DNA from: Octopus vulgaris
Taxonomy: Eukaryota
Direction: 5' to 3'
Length of the DNA: 64,000 nucleotides
Assembly: GCA_951406725.2 (NCBI GenBank)
Contig: OX597830.1
Coordinates: 18,910,001 to 18,974,000 of the forward strand
Shown here: positions 41,415 through 56,000 of the stretch, piece after piece
Position numbering within the stretch: the stretch's first letter is position 1
How the letters are laid out: each line of letters begins with the position of its first letter
The notes under the pieces: generated by a model
Told to the model about the DNA's origin: nothing
Seen by the model: only the letters and a program-made list of their open reading frames with translations
The model's database searches: none
Program-made: the position numbers and the translations under genes

Positions 41415-42863
41415 TATCAGGTCATCCCATGAATATTGTCTGAAATATCATACATGTAATTTCTATAGATTAAAACAGAAAGAGGCAAATGGTTTAGCAA
41501 GATTTGATAAGGACATTTAATTTAGCTGTATAATAAAAAGGTGTACATAGTCTCTAACAGCTGTTTCTAGAATATCCCAGCTCTTGGAATTCTCGGACTA
41601 TGGAATTCTTGCTCAACACAATGTTCCGTCACCAGAGAGGGAGAGCAGAATTTTAGTGGCATACCAAATTGAGCATTCAGAGTGCAAACCTATTAGTTTA
41701 AGTCACCCTGGCAAAAATTCCTTGTATATTTTATATGTCTAATTTCTATCAAATTTTACAGTATTCTAAAATGTCAAATGATATTGATTGATACTCATGT
41801 GAATTTGGAAACCTTTAACTTAATATAATTTCTCTTTACAGAATAACCTGACAGAAATAATTACTAATATTAACCCCTCAAAGATGGACATATTGAATGA
41901 GCATTTAAGGCACATAAATGAGTTCAAAAAGAGAAACAGTGCAACGGGGGCAACCTGAAACATCCAGTTGTTTATGGGGAAGAGTGCTTGAAAAAAAGAA
42001 GTTATAGAAGATGGTTTACAAAGTTCAAAAATAGCCTAAGAGAGAGGCCATGAATAGGATGCTCTGTTGAATTTGATGAGTTTCATTTGTCATTGGTTCA
42101 GAAGGATAATGTTGTGTCAGTTGAAGAATTGGCAAGCAAGCTCAATTTAAGCCATTCAACTATTCACTAACATCTTCAACAGCTTGGAAAGGTGCTCAAA
42201 CTCAGAAAATGGGTTTTCCATGATCTGACAGAAGCCAACTGAAAATCATGAGTGGACATCTGTTCATCTCCTCACTCTTGTGAACATATCTCACCATTTT
42301 GGGACAGATTAGTGACCGGTGATGAAAAATGGATTTTTTTAATGAAAATGTTAAGTGATCAGGCAAAGGCTTAGTCGTGGAAAACGAGCTAAACAACCTC
42401 AAAAAAGAACCTCCAGTCAAAAAAGGTTCTTCTTTCTGTATGGTGAGATTGCATTAGTCATCCACTTTGAGCTGCTACCAACTAATGCAATAATTACTGC
42501 TCACACCTATTGCCAACAATTAGAGCATTTAGGTGCTGCTTTGAAAGCAAAAATAAAAAACAGTATTATTCCCTGGACCTTGCTCCTTCTGATTACCATT
42601 TGTTTCAAAGCTTACAGACTCACTTAGATGGATTAATATTCAAAAGCTCCAGAGAGGCTGAAACTGACTTCTCTTCTTTCTCAGCAAAGTCAAAGGATTT
42701 TTTTTTTACCAATGAGATTTTAAAAAAACTGATGAGCAGATGGAAGGAAGTCATTGATAATGATGGGGGAATATTCACAGGATTAAATTTTAGTAAAATG
42801 TAAAATAACATCACTTTTTTTCCTTACCCCAAATTCAGACAATACTTATGGAATGACTTGATA
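41415..42863 (+). mobile_element. Degenerate mariner (DD34D-type) element with both TIRs and a nested insertion
   Basis: About 32-bp TIRs tatcaggtcatcccatgaatattgtctgaaat / aattcagacaatacttatggaatgacttgata; internal LVTGDEKWIF and YSLDLAPSDYHLFQSL; many stops. Confidence 0.85.
41552..41639 (-). ncRNA. Degenerate hammerhead-like motif nested in mariner
   Basis: CTCT-CTGGTGA-(stem II)-GAAA-CAGCTG-TT-AGAG. Confidence 0.5.
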
Positions 42864-43182
42864 TATTTACAAACATATACTCAAACAGATACATATTGTA
42901 CAAATACAGAAGGTCCGTGTCTATAGACTTATGGTGCATGTATGTTTATATGTATATACACAAATACGTAAGTTGCATTTGTATGAATCAATATTATGTC
43001 ATAAAGGAAATGGGTTAACAAATATGTCACTTTTGGTAATATTAAGAACCTTGGCTATGGCACTAACTCAACAGCATTCACTCGACAAATTATGATAATT
43101 TCTTATAGAGACGTACAAGGCTGGAAACACGACAGTGGTGGGGCTCAGTCAGTTTTTATCAACCACAATACTTAACTGCTAG

Positions 43183-43188
43183 TTTATT
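43183..43188 (-). promoter_or_regulatory. Candidate DNPEP polyadenylation signal AATAAA
   Basis: First AATAAA on the minus strand, about 165 nt after the stop codon. Confidence 0.35.
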
Positions 43189-43350
43189 TTTAATCAGTGT
43201 TGGAAGGATGAAAAGGTAGAAATCGAGGCCATGGCAGGATTTGAACACAAAGTAAAGAACTGGGACTAAATACTACAAAATATAATTTCATTTCAATTTG
43301 TTGCAATCAAACATCCAGCAGTCAAAAACATCATTGCTTGTTGAAACTGG

Positions 43351-43398
43351 TTAAAACTTCATGTTGTCAAATATTTCTGGGTAATTTTTGAAGAAAGA
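43351..43398 (-). CDS. DNPEP: DNPEP terminal coding exon
   Basis: ttacag|[18 protein letters not shown]; length and FF..P pattern match the DNPEP C-terminus. Confidence 0.88.
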   Translation of the reverse strand, partial: SFFKNYPEIFDNMKF

Positions 43399-46300
43399 CT
43401 GTAAGATAAATAAAGAAAAAAAAGATAACATTCAAATAAATAAATAAAAGATATTAAAATTTTAAAAAATTAATTTCAAAATATTCAATATAGGCGAAGG
43501 AGTGGCTGTGTGGTAAGTAGCTTGTTTACCAACCACATGGTTCCGGGTTCAGTCCCACCGCGTGGCACCTTGGGCAAGTGTCTTCTACTATAACCTCGGG
43601 CTGACCAATGCCTTGTGAGTGGATTTGGTAGACGGAAACTGAAAGAAGCCCGTTGTAGATATGTGTATATATATGATAATATATATACACATAATAATGT
43701 GTGTCTGCGTTTGTCCCTCCAACATCGCCTGACAACCGATGCTGGTGTGTTTACGTCCCCGTAACTTAGCAGTTTGGCAAAAGAGACCAATAGAATAAGT
43801 ACTAGGCTTACAAAGAATAAGTCCTGGGGTCGATTTACTCGACTAAAAAGGCGGTGCTCCAGAATGGCCACAGTCACATGACTAAAACAAGTAAAGAGTA
43901 TTATTTGAGAATTAAGTAAAATACAATGGAGGTGAGATTAAAGAGGTGGACTTCTGACCATACTGTTGTGAGTTCAAATTTTACTGGAGCCACTGTGTTG
44001 GGCCTTTGAACAAACCACACAACCCTGCTTACTCCAGTTTACCACACTGGCCACATAGTAGGGAGATTTTGTTTTGTAACCACGTTTCCATGTTCAATCC
44101 ACTTGTATGACACTTTGAGCAAGTGTCTTCAATCATTGCATATCAGACTGATCAACAACTGGAATTTGGGAGATTGGAAATCAGGCAAATGATGTGTGTG
44201 TGTGCATGTGAGTGAAGGTGTGTGTGAAAGAGAGAGAACATGAATGTGTGTGTGAGTGAATGTGTATACGTGCGAGAGAGTAAATGTGTGTGTGTGTGTG
44301 TGCATGAGAGAGTGAATGTGTGTGTGCGTGCATGAGAGAGTGAATGTGTGTGTGCGTGCATGAGAGAGTGAATGTGTGTGTGCGTGCATGAGAGAGTGAA
44401 TGTGTGTGTGCGTGCATGAGAGAGTGAATGTGTGTGTGCGTGCATGAGAGAGTGAATGTGAGTGTGTGTGCATGAGAGAATGAATGTGAGTGTGTGTGCA
44501 TGAGAGAATGAATGTGAGTGTGTGTGTGAGTGTGTGTATGTGAGAGTGAATGTGTGTGTGTATGAGAGAGAGAGAGAGTGAAGGAATGTGAACGTGTGAG
44601 TGAAGGAGTGTGAATGTGTGAGTGAAGGAGTGTGAATGTGTGAGTGAAGGAGTGTGAATGTGTGAGTGAAGGAGGGTGAACGTGTGAGTGAAGGAGGGTG
44701 AACGTGTGAGTGAAGGAGGGTGAACGTGTGAGTGTATATGAAAAAGAGAGAGAGAGGGTGCGTATGTGTGTGTGCCTCACTGACAAATCCATTTCCTTAT
44801 ACAAATGTAAAACTTGTAAAAAGTGCAATATTAAGTTTGTAAAAGGGAGATAGGTTCTAAGGGAGGTAATTCAGTGCAACGTAACCCGGTACTCATTTTA
44901 TGAATCCAATTCATTGAATGGCTAAAAACTGAGGTACAGTTATTTAATAAAAGATGGTGTCCCTGCAAGGTCAAAGTTCAATGACAGATGGGACTAGTGG
45001 GAGAGAGGCAAGGAGGAAGGTATTCTCAAACCCTAGGGACCTGGCTGGAATGCTTCCAACAGTGGGAAATTTACAAAAGACACCCAATGTGCCAGATGGC
45101 TGTGCACTGGATTAAGTCTATTACCCAAGAAGTGAAAGCGTGTGGCTTAGTGGTTAGGGTATTTCGCTCATGATTATAATGTTGTGAGTTCAATTCCAGG
45201 CTGCGCATTGTGTCCTTGAGCAAAACACTTTAGTTCTTCATCGCTCCAGTCCACTCAGCTGGCAAATACGAGTAGTGTCTGTATTTCAAAGGGCCAGCCT
45301 TGTCACATTCTGTGCCACGCTGAATCTCCCTGAGAACTACATTAAGGCTACATATATGTCTGTGGAGTGCTCAGCCACTTGCACATCAATTTCATGAGCA
45401 GGCTGTTCTGTTGATTGAATCAACTGGGACCCTTTTCATCATAACCAACGGTGTGCCAGTACTATCCAAATAGTCCATGGCAGAAACGTTAGCACACCGG
45501 GCGAAGTACTTAGCAGTTTTCGTCTGCTGTTACGTTCTGAGTTCAAATTCTGCCGAGGTCGACTTTACCGTTCATCCTTTTGGGGTCGATAAATTAAGTA
45601 CCAGTTACACACTGGGGTCGATATAATCAACTTAATCCATGTATCTGTCCTTGTTTGTCCTTTCTGTGTTTAGCCCCTTGTGGGTAGTAAAGAAATAGGT
45701 ATTTCGTCTGCTGTTACATTCTGAGTTCAAATTCTGCCGAGGTCGACTTTGCTTTTCATCCTTTCGGGGTCGATAAATTAAGTACCAGTTATACACTTGG
45801 ATCGATGTAATTGACTTAATCCGTTTGTCTGTCCTTGTTTGTCCCCTCTGTGTTTAGCCCCTTGTGGGCAATATAGAAATAAGTAGTCCATGGCAGGACA
45901 GGATCTGAACTCAGAAAACAAAGAACTGGAACAAATATTGCAAGATATCTGGTTTGATTTTCTTATAGTTCTGCCAATCCGCAACCTTCAGTTGGTACTT
46001 TTTTTCATCAGACCCCAAAGAATGAAAGTAGAAGTTGACCTTGATGGTATTTGAACTCAAAGAACAATATAAATGGGAGATGGAAATCAGGCAAATGATT
46101 GTCGCGTGCATGTGTAGGTGTGTGTGAAAAAGAGAGAAAGGGTATGAATGTGTGTGCAAGAGAATGTGTGTGTGCACGTGAGAGAGTGAATGTGTGTGTG
46201 TGTGCATGTGTGAGAGTAAATGTGTGTGCGCATGAGTGAATGTGTGTGTGTGTGCATGTAAGAGAGTGAATGTGTGTTGTATGTGTGCATGTGTGAGAGT

Positions 46301-47167
46301 AAATGTGTGTGTGTGCATGTGTGAGAGTAAATGTGTGTGTGTGCATGTGTGAGAGTAAATGTGTGTACGCATGAGAGAGTGAATATGTGTGTGAGATGTC
46401 AACAATTTGGCCAAGATGTGACTTCGATGATAAAGGTAGAATTTGAAACTAGGATTGATCTTACCTCGAACAGAGCAATTCCATGTGCAATACTCGTTGT
46501 GCAGCACTGTTCTCTGATTGAGTGCATGCTAAGCTGAGGGCTACCAACGTCAACAGTGGGAATACCAATCTTCTGGGATAAAATCGGTCCTATGGTGCTA
46601 CCACAAACGGAATCGTTGCGAATAACAAAATCCTTGAAGTAAATAAAAAGTAATGAATGAATGAATGTGAAAAAATTTTTTATCGTTAACATTAATTTAA
46701 TTGGTCTTTTATGATGGTTCTATTCATTGAAGCTGATGAAAGAACTTTTACTTGGTTACTTGATCTGCTAGAAACAGCAGTCAAGTCTCTCTTAAATCAT
46801 ACCTTACCATCTTAAAAAGAGAAGAATACATAAGATAATTTAGTGCTAGATACACTATGTCTGAAAAAGTGAGAGGATGGTCATAGTTGGAGAGTCTGCT
46901 GGATTTGTATTGGTCTAGAATTAATCAACAGCAACTGTTGCTGCCACCACTACTATTAATCATTCTCATCATCATCAGAAGGAGACCAACCTCAAAAGGA
47001 TGAAAGACAAAGTTGACCTTGGTGGAATTTGAACTCAGAATGTAGCAACGAGTGAAATAACACTAAGGATTTCATCCAGCTTGCTAACAATTCTGTCAGC
47101 TCACTGCCTTAATAATAATGTAATATAAATAAAAAATGTTGAATGATTTGATGCATGCCTTTTGGCC

Positions 47168-47253
<86 letters not shown>

Positions 47254-48830
47254 TATGATCACGTGACCGACCAGGCTATCAGATGTTGCTACACATCGCT
47301 GGTCACAATGCGTTCGCATTGTTTTAGCCTTCAAATGACGCCACCCCGCTGGCTAAACGAGCAGGCCAACAGAAGAAAGAGTGAGAGAAAGAGTGGTGAA
47401 AGAGTACAGCAGGGATCACCAGCCCCTGCCGGAGCTTCGTGGAGCTTTTAGGTGTTTTCGCTCAAAAAAAAAAAACACACAACACCCAGTCTGGGAATTG
47501 AAACCGCAATCCTGCGACCATGAGTCCACTGCCCTAACTACTGGGCCATTGTATATATATATATATATATAGATAGGTGAGAATATATATATATATATAT
47601 ATGCACACACACGCTATATATATGTGTGTGTGTGTATGTGTGTTCTAGGTCCAATCTGTTGTGGAAATACACAGTACACTATCATGCAGGGGAGTTGCCA
47701 TGACATTTTGTACAGGTTTTGCAATTAAGCTTGTTCACAAATGGCAGGAATGTGAAGGCATGCAACACTTGAAGTTTTTAAGACATTAATTAAGAGGCAG
47801 TTTCTTTTCCGGATTGAAATCCAATCTGTTGCAGGTGTTGCTAATAGATAGATTTGAATTTGGTGCTTCAAACTAACGAGACACTCCTCAAATATATGGT
47901 ACCCATCACTAATTAACAAAGAACTGAACCTCTCTATGGTTTCTATTTACAATGGGGGGAACTGGGCCATTGAGAAGTCCAGTTTTTATGGTAACCTCAG
48001 CAGAAATGAGTAAAATTGAACTCAGTCTGGTGACAGCTTCAATTTTGTTAGGGTCAATTACAAGAAGCTTATCAGAGGATTTGGATTGGAGAGAGCAATC
48101 AATCTTGGTAGTTTTTTGACATTCAAGTTTGTAAGGGAGCAAATATGTAGAGGATTTTCTTTAGAGGCTGTTCTTACCTGCAGTGGTACATTGGCCTGAG
48201 CTGCAATTTTGCGCAGTATAGCACATGTGATAGCTGTGGAGGCATATCTTTGATTAGCATTGATCTTCAACACGTAACCCTGAAAATTACAGAAAATAAT
48301 GTCAGAATAATACAGCTGTCTTCAAGAATCATCATCATCATCATCGTTTAACGTCAATTTTGCATGCTGGCATGGGTTGGATGGTTTGACTGAGGTCTGG
48401 ACAGCCAGTGACTACACCCGGCTCCAATCAGATCTGGCAGTGTTTCTACAGCTGGATGCCCTTCCTAACGCCAACCGCTCCAAGAGTGTAGTGGGTGTTT
48501 CTTACGTGCCACGAGTACATTTAATTTGTTTGTAATTTGCATTATGCAAAGTGCATTAGTAATTAATTAATTGAACTTAACTGCCAAGAATGCATTATAA
48601 TATACAAATCAGACAAATTTACTTAAGTCCTTATTGGTTGATTTGTAGTCAGTGTATATGTGGACTGTTGAGGAAGGTATGTGATTATTGATGGGTGGGG
48701 TTGTGTGGTAAGTCTGCTTCCCAAACATAAGGTTCTGGGTTCAATCCTACAGCATAGCACCTTGAGCAAGTGTCTTCTACTACAGCTTTGTGAGTGGATT
48801 TGGTAGATGATAAACTGAAGGAAGACTGTC

Positions 48831-48876
<46 letters not shown>

Positions 48877-49656
48877 TTGTTCCCATCTGCCACTACTTGA
48901 CAAACCAGTGTTGGTATTTACATCCCTGTAACTTAGCAGTTCAGCCAAAGAGACCAAAAGAATACGTCCCAAGTTGTACAAAAAATAATAAGCATCGAGG
49001 TCGATTTATTCGACTAAAATTCTCCAAGGATGTGCCACAGCATGGTTGCAGTCTAATGACTGAAACAAGTGAAAGATAGGATTGGAACTTGTCTGAGTGA
49101 TTCCTCCTTTTCTAACCACAAAGATTTTGTAAACAAAGAAAGTATTTCCTGCTGTCTATTACATACAGTGTTTCCTACAACCTATAGATATATTCTAATT
49201 ACAGTATAACATTGGATAATGTATTCCTATAAAGAAGTGCTTGTAAAACGATGTGTTGGTTATGGTTTGAATGTTCTTCATCATGGACCTTTCTGTAGTT
49301 ACTTAAAATAAAATAAATGCACCCTTTTAAAGCCTAGCCAGGCTCATGGGCCCGGTTTCCTGGTTTCTATGGCGTATGTGTTCCCCAGCTGGACGGGACG
49401 CCAGTCCATCACAGCGTTACTCATTTTTGCCAGCTGAGTGGACTGGAGCAACGTGAAATGAAGTGTTTTGCTCAAGAACACAACGTGTTGCCTGGTCCAG
49501 GAATCGAAACCACAATCTTACGATCATGATGTTGACACCCTAACCACTAAGCCACGCACCTCCACTCTGTAGTTACTTAACTTACTAGAAATGGCAGCCT
49601 TCAAATTGCTTTAAAAAGTAAAAGAAAAATCATGTCTGTATAAATAAAGCAATGAT

Positions 49657-49698
<42 letters not shown>

Positions 49699-51471
49699 CA
49701 TGTGTACATGTGATCAGTCATTATTTTCTTCAAATTTAATTTCTCCCCAGTGAGAAAGAAAAAAAATAAAATAAAAAGCTAACCAAGTCTTTGATTGTTT
49801 TTTAGGTGAAGTTAGTATTGGAAGAATCTGGAATGAGGCACAAAAAAAGTAATGAAAGAAACCTTTACCTTATGCATTTCAACATGGTGGAGTTCTTCAT
49901 GTTTCTCACTAAAATAAATGAAGAAAAATAATAATAATAATAATCCTTTCTACTATAAGTGCAAGGCTTGAAATTTGTGGAGAGGGGACTAGTCGATCAC
50001 ACTGACCCCAGTGTTTCACTGGTACTTAATTTATCAACCCTGAAAGGATGAAAGCAAAGTTGACCTTGGCAGAATTTGAACTCAGAACTTTGCAACAGAC
50101 GAATTACTGCTAAGCATTTCACCTGGCGTGCTAATGATTCTGCTAGTTAACTGCCTTAATTATAATAATAATAATCATCCTGTCTACTAAACAATTACAT
50201 TGACCCCAGTGATCAACTGGTACTTATTTTATTGACTCCTGAAAGGATGAAAGGCAAAGTCAGCCTTGGTGGAATTTGAACTCAGAACATAAAGATGAAT
50301 GAAACGCCGCTAAGCATTTTGCCCAATCTGCCAGCTCAAATAATAATAATAATAGTCTAATAGTCACTGGGAAGTACTAAGACCCAGCATTGGAAGTGAA
50401 ACAAATCCATAGAGCCTCAAAAGGGAGTGTGGTACCTACTGTGATTGTTGCACTTGGGACCATCTCAAAGAGAGCAATATCCTGGCATCAGAAGCTACAA
50501 ATACCAAACCTTTTTTTATACACATCAAATGAAGAGTAAAATAGGAATCAAAGGTGTCCACAGGCAAAAAGTGGTTGAGGACTACAGATGTAGAGGGACA
50601 GATTTAAATACTACTGTATTTAAATCTGTATTAAGTCTAGTCGCTATGGTGTCCTGTTGTTTTTGTATCACAGGGGCACACACAATGTTGAAAATTTGCT
50701 CAGGGAAAGGACACAGCTGGTCGGATTAACCCTAGTACAAGACAGGTGTACATATTAGATGGCATTGAAGACATATGGGCATATTAGATGCATTCCAATT
50801 TTAGTAGCGCATATTCATCATCATTTAATGTCCGTTTTCCATACTGACATGGGTTGGACAGTTTGATGAGAACTGGTAAGGCCAGAGGCTGTACCAAGCT
50901 CATTTGTCTGTTTTGGTATGGTTTCTCTGGTTGGATGCCCTTCCTGATGCCAACCAATTTACAGAGTATACTGGGTGATTTTTATGTGGCACTGGCAAAA
51001 AAATTTTTTAGTTCATTAAAGCCTATGAGAAACTCAATTTCTCATGTAGTACCCAGGGTGATATTTTTGAGATATTTTTTGGGGGATAAAATATACCATT
51101 AAATACAGTACTGACACTGAAAGGAATTTAAAAATTGTGTCCAATGTCACTATTTCTGTCATTTCACTGCATTTTATCTTCCATCAACACTCAGTGGAAT
51201 GTGTCAAAGTTAGTCAAAACAATATGCTATAAAGACATTTATTATATGAGGCTTGAGAAATAAGCCATGACTAATTTAGAAAAAAAGAAAAAAAACTTCA
51301 ACTATAAGTGCAGATGGGGCTTGTCTGGCTCAGGAGCTTGCTTTACTACCATGTAGCCTTGGGTTCAATCCCACTGTATGGCACCTTGGATTGGTGTTCT
51401 CTGCTATAGCCTTGAATCAACCAAAGTCTTGTGAGTTGATTTGGTAGATGGAAACTGAAAGAAGCTTGTCA

Positions 51472-51523
<52 letters not shown>

Positions 51524-53003
51524 CACACACACACACATATACATACATACATACACACGTGTGTGTGTGTACCCTTGTCCTGATATTACATGTTGGTTGC
51601 AAATGGAAATGAACAACATCTTTTGTACAATGGTGATGCTCAGTTTTCTACAGGAAGATCGATTTGTCCATAGGAAATATTACTTCATTTGGATACAGGT
51701 AAGGGTTGGTGACAAGAAGGGCATCCAGCCATAGAAAATCTGTCTCAACAATTTCTGTGAATACTTCATTTTGTAGAACTATTCGACCAATTTTAAACCC
51801 TTTCGATACTAAGCCACCCATGCCAACCCTTGGTTCTATGATACAAACACCCAGTTTTAAAATGATCAAAGTCAAAAGCTCCAATCAAAATTTCATGTTC
51901 ATTTCTGTTCCAAACACCAGCTTAAAAATACAAAACTATTTTACTAAGTTCTTCATTATTTTCGAAATTAGTTGAAATGAAGACAGTGTGTTTCAGCAGA
52001 AATAGGGTAAAGAAAGGGTTAAAAGAGATGTAGGAGTGGCTGTGTGGTAAGTAGCTTGCTTACCAACCACATGGTTCTGGGTTCAGTCCCACTGCGTGGC
52101 ACCTTGGGCAAGTGTTTTCTACTATAGCCTTGGGCCGACCAAAGCCTTGTGAGTGGATTTGGTAGACGGAAACTGAAAGAAGCCCGTCGTATATATGTAT
52201 AAATTATATGTGCGTGTGTGTTTGTATGTCTGTGTTTGTCCCCCCAACATTGCTTGACAGCCGATGCTGGTGTGTTTATGTCCATGTCACTTAGCGGTTC
52301 GGCAAAGAGACCAATAGAATAAGTACTGGGCTTACAAAGAATAAGTCCCGGGGTCAAGTTGCTCGATTAAAGGCGGTGCTCCAAAATGGCCGCAGTCAAA
52401 TGACTGAAACAAGTAAAAGAGTAAAAGAGTAAATAAAAATTAATAAATATTTTTACCCATAGTTTGGGTGAATAGCATGAGCTTGATCAGCACTGAGATG
52501 ATATGACTTTGGTATAGCCTCTTCAAAAGCCAACACAGTTCCCTTACAGATTCTTCTCATGACAAGTTCTGTGAATAAAGAAGCTGCTCCTTGGGCACTG
52601 TCTGAGCCAACCTATGAACGAAAATTAAACAACATTAGAATACTCATATCTTTTATCTAAATCATGTTTTGCCTATGGACTCCTATGATTCCTACTTAAC
52701 TCAGGTAGACCCTTATAGCCATTCGATATTTAGAAAATCCTATTATATTTTTATACTTAAATATTAGGAATTTTAAAAATATTGTTAAAATTGTTAAAAT
52801 ATTTTGTGTATTGTAGAAGAATAACCAATTTATTGTGTAGGCGTAGGAGTGGCTTTGTGGTAAGTAGCTTGCTTACGAACCACATGGTTCCGGGTTCAGT
52901 CCCACTGTGTGGCACCTTGGGCAAGTGTCTTCTACTGTAGCCACAGGCCGACCAAAGCCTTGTGAGTAGATTTGGTAGACGGAAACTGAAAGAAGCCCGT
53001 TGT

Positions 53004-53037
<34 letters not shown>

Positions 53038-56000
53038 TTGTGTGTCTGTGTTTGTCCCACCAACATCGCTTGACAACTGATGCTGGTGTGTTTACGTCCC
53101 CATAACTTAGCGGTTCAGCAAAAGAGACCGATAGAATAAGTACTAGGCTTACAAAGAATAAGTCCTGGAGTCGATTTGCTTGACTAAAGGCGGTGCTCCA
53201 GCATGGCCACAGTCAAATGACTGAAACAAGTAAAAGAGTATATAAATTTTAACAACAAAATCTTATATGGACCCACCAAGGGTCATATGGACCCCGTTAG
53301 TGAAACTCTGATTTAAACAGCTAAGAGCTAACCACTAAATATAACAGACCTTTATCCACCCCAGTCAACCAAAGGGATGTCTAGGTGAGTATTCAATCTG
53401 GTTGAAATAACAATGAAATTGCATTCAAATTCAAATCCTGCTATTCTTTAAAGAAAAAAAAAACAACAAAAACAACACAATGGTCAAAATAATTCTAAAT
53501 ATACAGTTTGAGAAAGCTAAAAAAGACCGATTAGAGCTGTGAAATACTTTGTTCAGGGACTAAACAATAAAAAAACCCCGCTCTCAGGTGTAATGATACT
53601 AGAAGCTGACTAAAGCTAGTGATGTAATAATAAACTAATGGTACTTACTTCTTCATTATCGTAGAGTGCAATCATACGAATATTTTTTTCTTTTGCTAAG
53701 CTGTTCTCTTGGCAGGATGCAATGAGGGCCTACAATAAATAAATAAATAAATAAATGGTTAGCTATGATTATGATTCTTCAACAAATCTTGTCAGCCAAT
53801 CAAAATTAACTGTGTACTAATATTTATATAAATTGATGGATGTTTAGAATTTATTTTATATTACACTAGGACTATGACCCGGCAACACCGGGTCATAGCG
53901 CTAGTGCATGCATATACAGCTGCGTGCGTGCGCACATACATGCGAGTACAGTCCAAATCTCTGACCAATCACAGACAGCTAGCTGGCATTCAATTGGCGT
54001 ATCAATTTTCGGGCATTTTGATTGAGTTTTGGATAGAAAATTCACAAAAAAGTCACTTCTATTGATTTTTTTAATGGCTTTGCAGGGTGACTGGGGAAAT
54101 GCAAAGATGTGCACGACCACCCTTGGATGGTTTTGAATGACCATAGAAAGTGCGAGCCCTCTAACTGAAAAATTGTGGATTTGTATAAAGGACACACACG
54201 CAGACATTTTGCCGTTTACATATATAGGGATTATACAAACTTCACCTGTTTCCAAGCAAGGTAATACTGATTTCAAATTCTGACACAAGGCCAGCAATTT
54301 TGGGAGCAGGGTTAAGTCAATTACATCGACTCCAGTTCTCAGCTGGTATTCATTTTATTGACCCCGAAAGGATGAAAGGCACAGTCGACTTTGGCAAGAC
54401 AGACAAAACGCTGCTAAGCATTTCGCCTGGCATGCTAACGATTCTGACAGCTCACCACCTTTCCAAGCAAGATAATATTACTCCATGACTAGATATGTTT
54501 CCGTGAAAGAATGGAAACAAGTAACACTGCTTGTATGACAGTGATACTCATTTACAACAACCACACGATATGAAAACAAAGCAGCACAAACACACACACC
54601 AGGATTTGAATTCAGAACCTAGAGAAGTGTAACAATTCCACAAGACGTTTGCTTGATTCGCCACTAATTCAGCCATCAACTACCTTGTAATAATGGTTTC
54701 AAATTTTGCACAATGCCAGCAATTTGGGGTGGGTGGGTCGAGGGTTTAAGTTGATTAAATCAACCCTAGAGCTCAGCTGCTGCTTATTTTATCAACTTCG
54801 ACGGGATGAAAGGCAAAGGACCTCAGCCGAATTTGAACTTGGAATGTAAAGGTGGATGAAATTCTGTTAAGCATTTTGCCTGGTGTGCTAACAATTCTGC
54901 CAGTTCACCACTTTACTGCCTTGTAATAATAACTCACAACAACAACAACAGAAATGCAATTAGTGTTTAAGACTTACCTTACAAGCACAGAAGGAGTTCA
55001 CCAAGTTATCCAGACGTGGAGAAAATATAAACTCTTCACAAATGCCACCAATGACCTAGAAGAAACAATTGAGACAATGTAACTGTAATCGTAATTTTGT
55101 TGTAACTGTAATTTTGGTCTCAACCAGCCCACTCAGGTGTACCTTTCCTTCATTGGACACTAAACCCAGCTTGCGAAGACCTGTTGAGGCAAGTGAATTT
55201 GAAATCAAATTCGATGACAGCACTGCATGTCTAGCACCTGTGCTAGTGGATTGCTAAGAGCACTAGCCAAGGGTCATCTTTGCCAGGGCAGATGACTGGC
55301 CCCTGTTCTGGTGGCACATAAAAAGCCCCATTCGATTGTGATTGTTACCAGCATTGCCTTACTGGCACTTGTGCCAGTGGTACATAAAAAACAACATTCG
55401 AGCGAGGGCATTGCCAGTGCCGCTGGATTGGCTCCTGTGCAGGTGACACGTAAAAACACCACTTGAGCATGGCCGTTGTCAGTACCGCCTGACTGGCCCT
55501 TGTGCTGGTGGCATGTAAAACCACCCACTTATACTCTCGGAGTGGTTGGCGTTAGGAAGGGTATCCAGCTGTAGAAACTCTGCCAGATCAGATTGGAGCA
55601 TGGTGCAACCCATGCCAGTATGGAAAGCAGACGTTAAACGATGATGATGATGAGTACTAGACTAATAAAATATAACTTGTTAGATTCCAACAAAGAAGAA
55701 AAGCGCCTGTAACTTGTTTTACTTGGATAAGCGTTATATTGTAACAATTGGCAAAAGACAAAACTGTCTGTTAGAAAAAAAAATCCAAGCAAGAACACAC
55801 ATATGAAAGAGAAACAGACTTCCAGGGAGGTTGAACATCATGTTCACATGCTACAAAATTGTTGATCATCTTATCCCAAACAATTCAGCCATCAACTACC
55901 TTGTAATAATGGTTTCAAATTTTGCACAATGCCAGCAAGTTTGGGGTGGGTGGGTCGACCATGAAAGTTGTTAGACAATCCAGGTTCATTAAATACTTTT

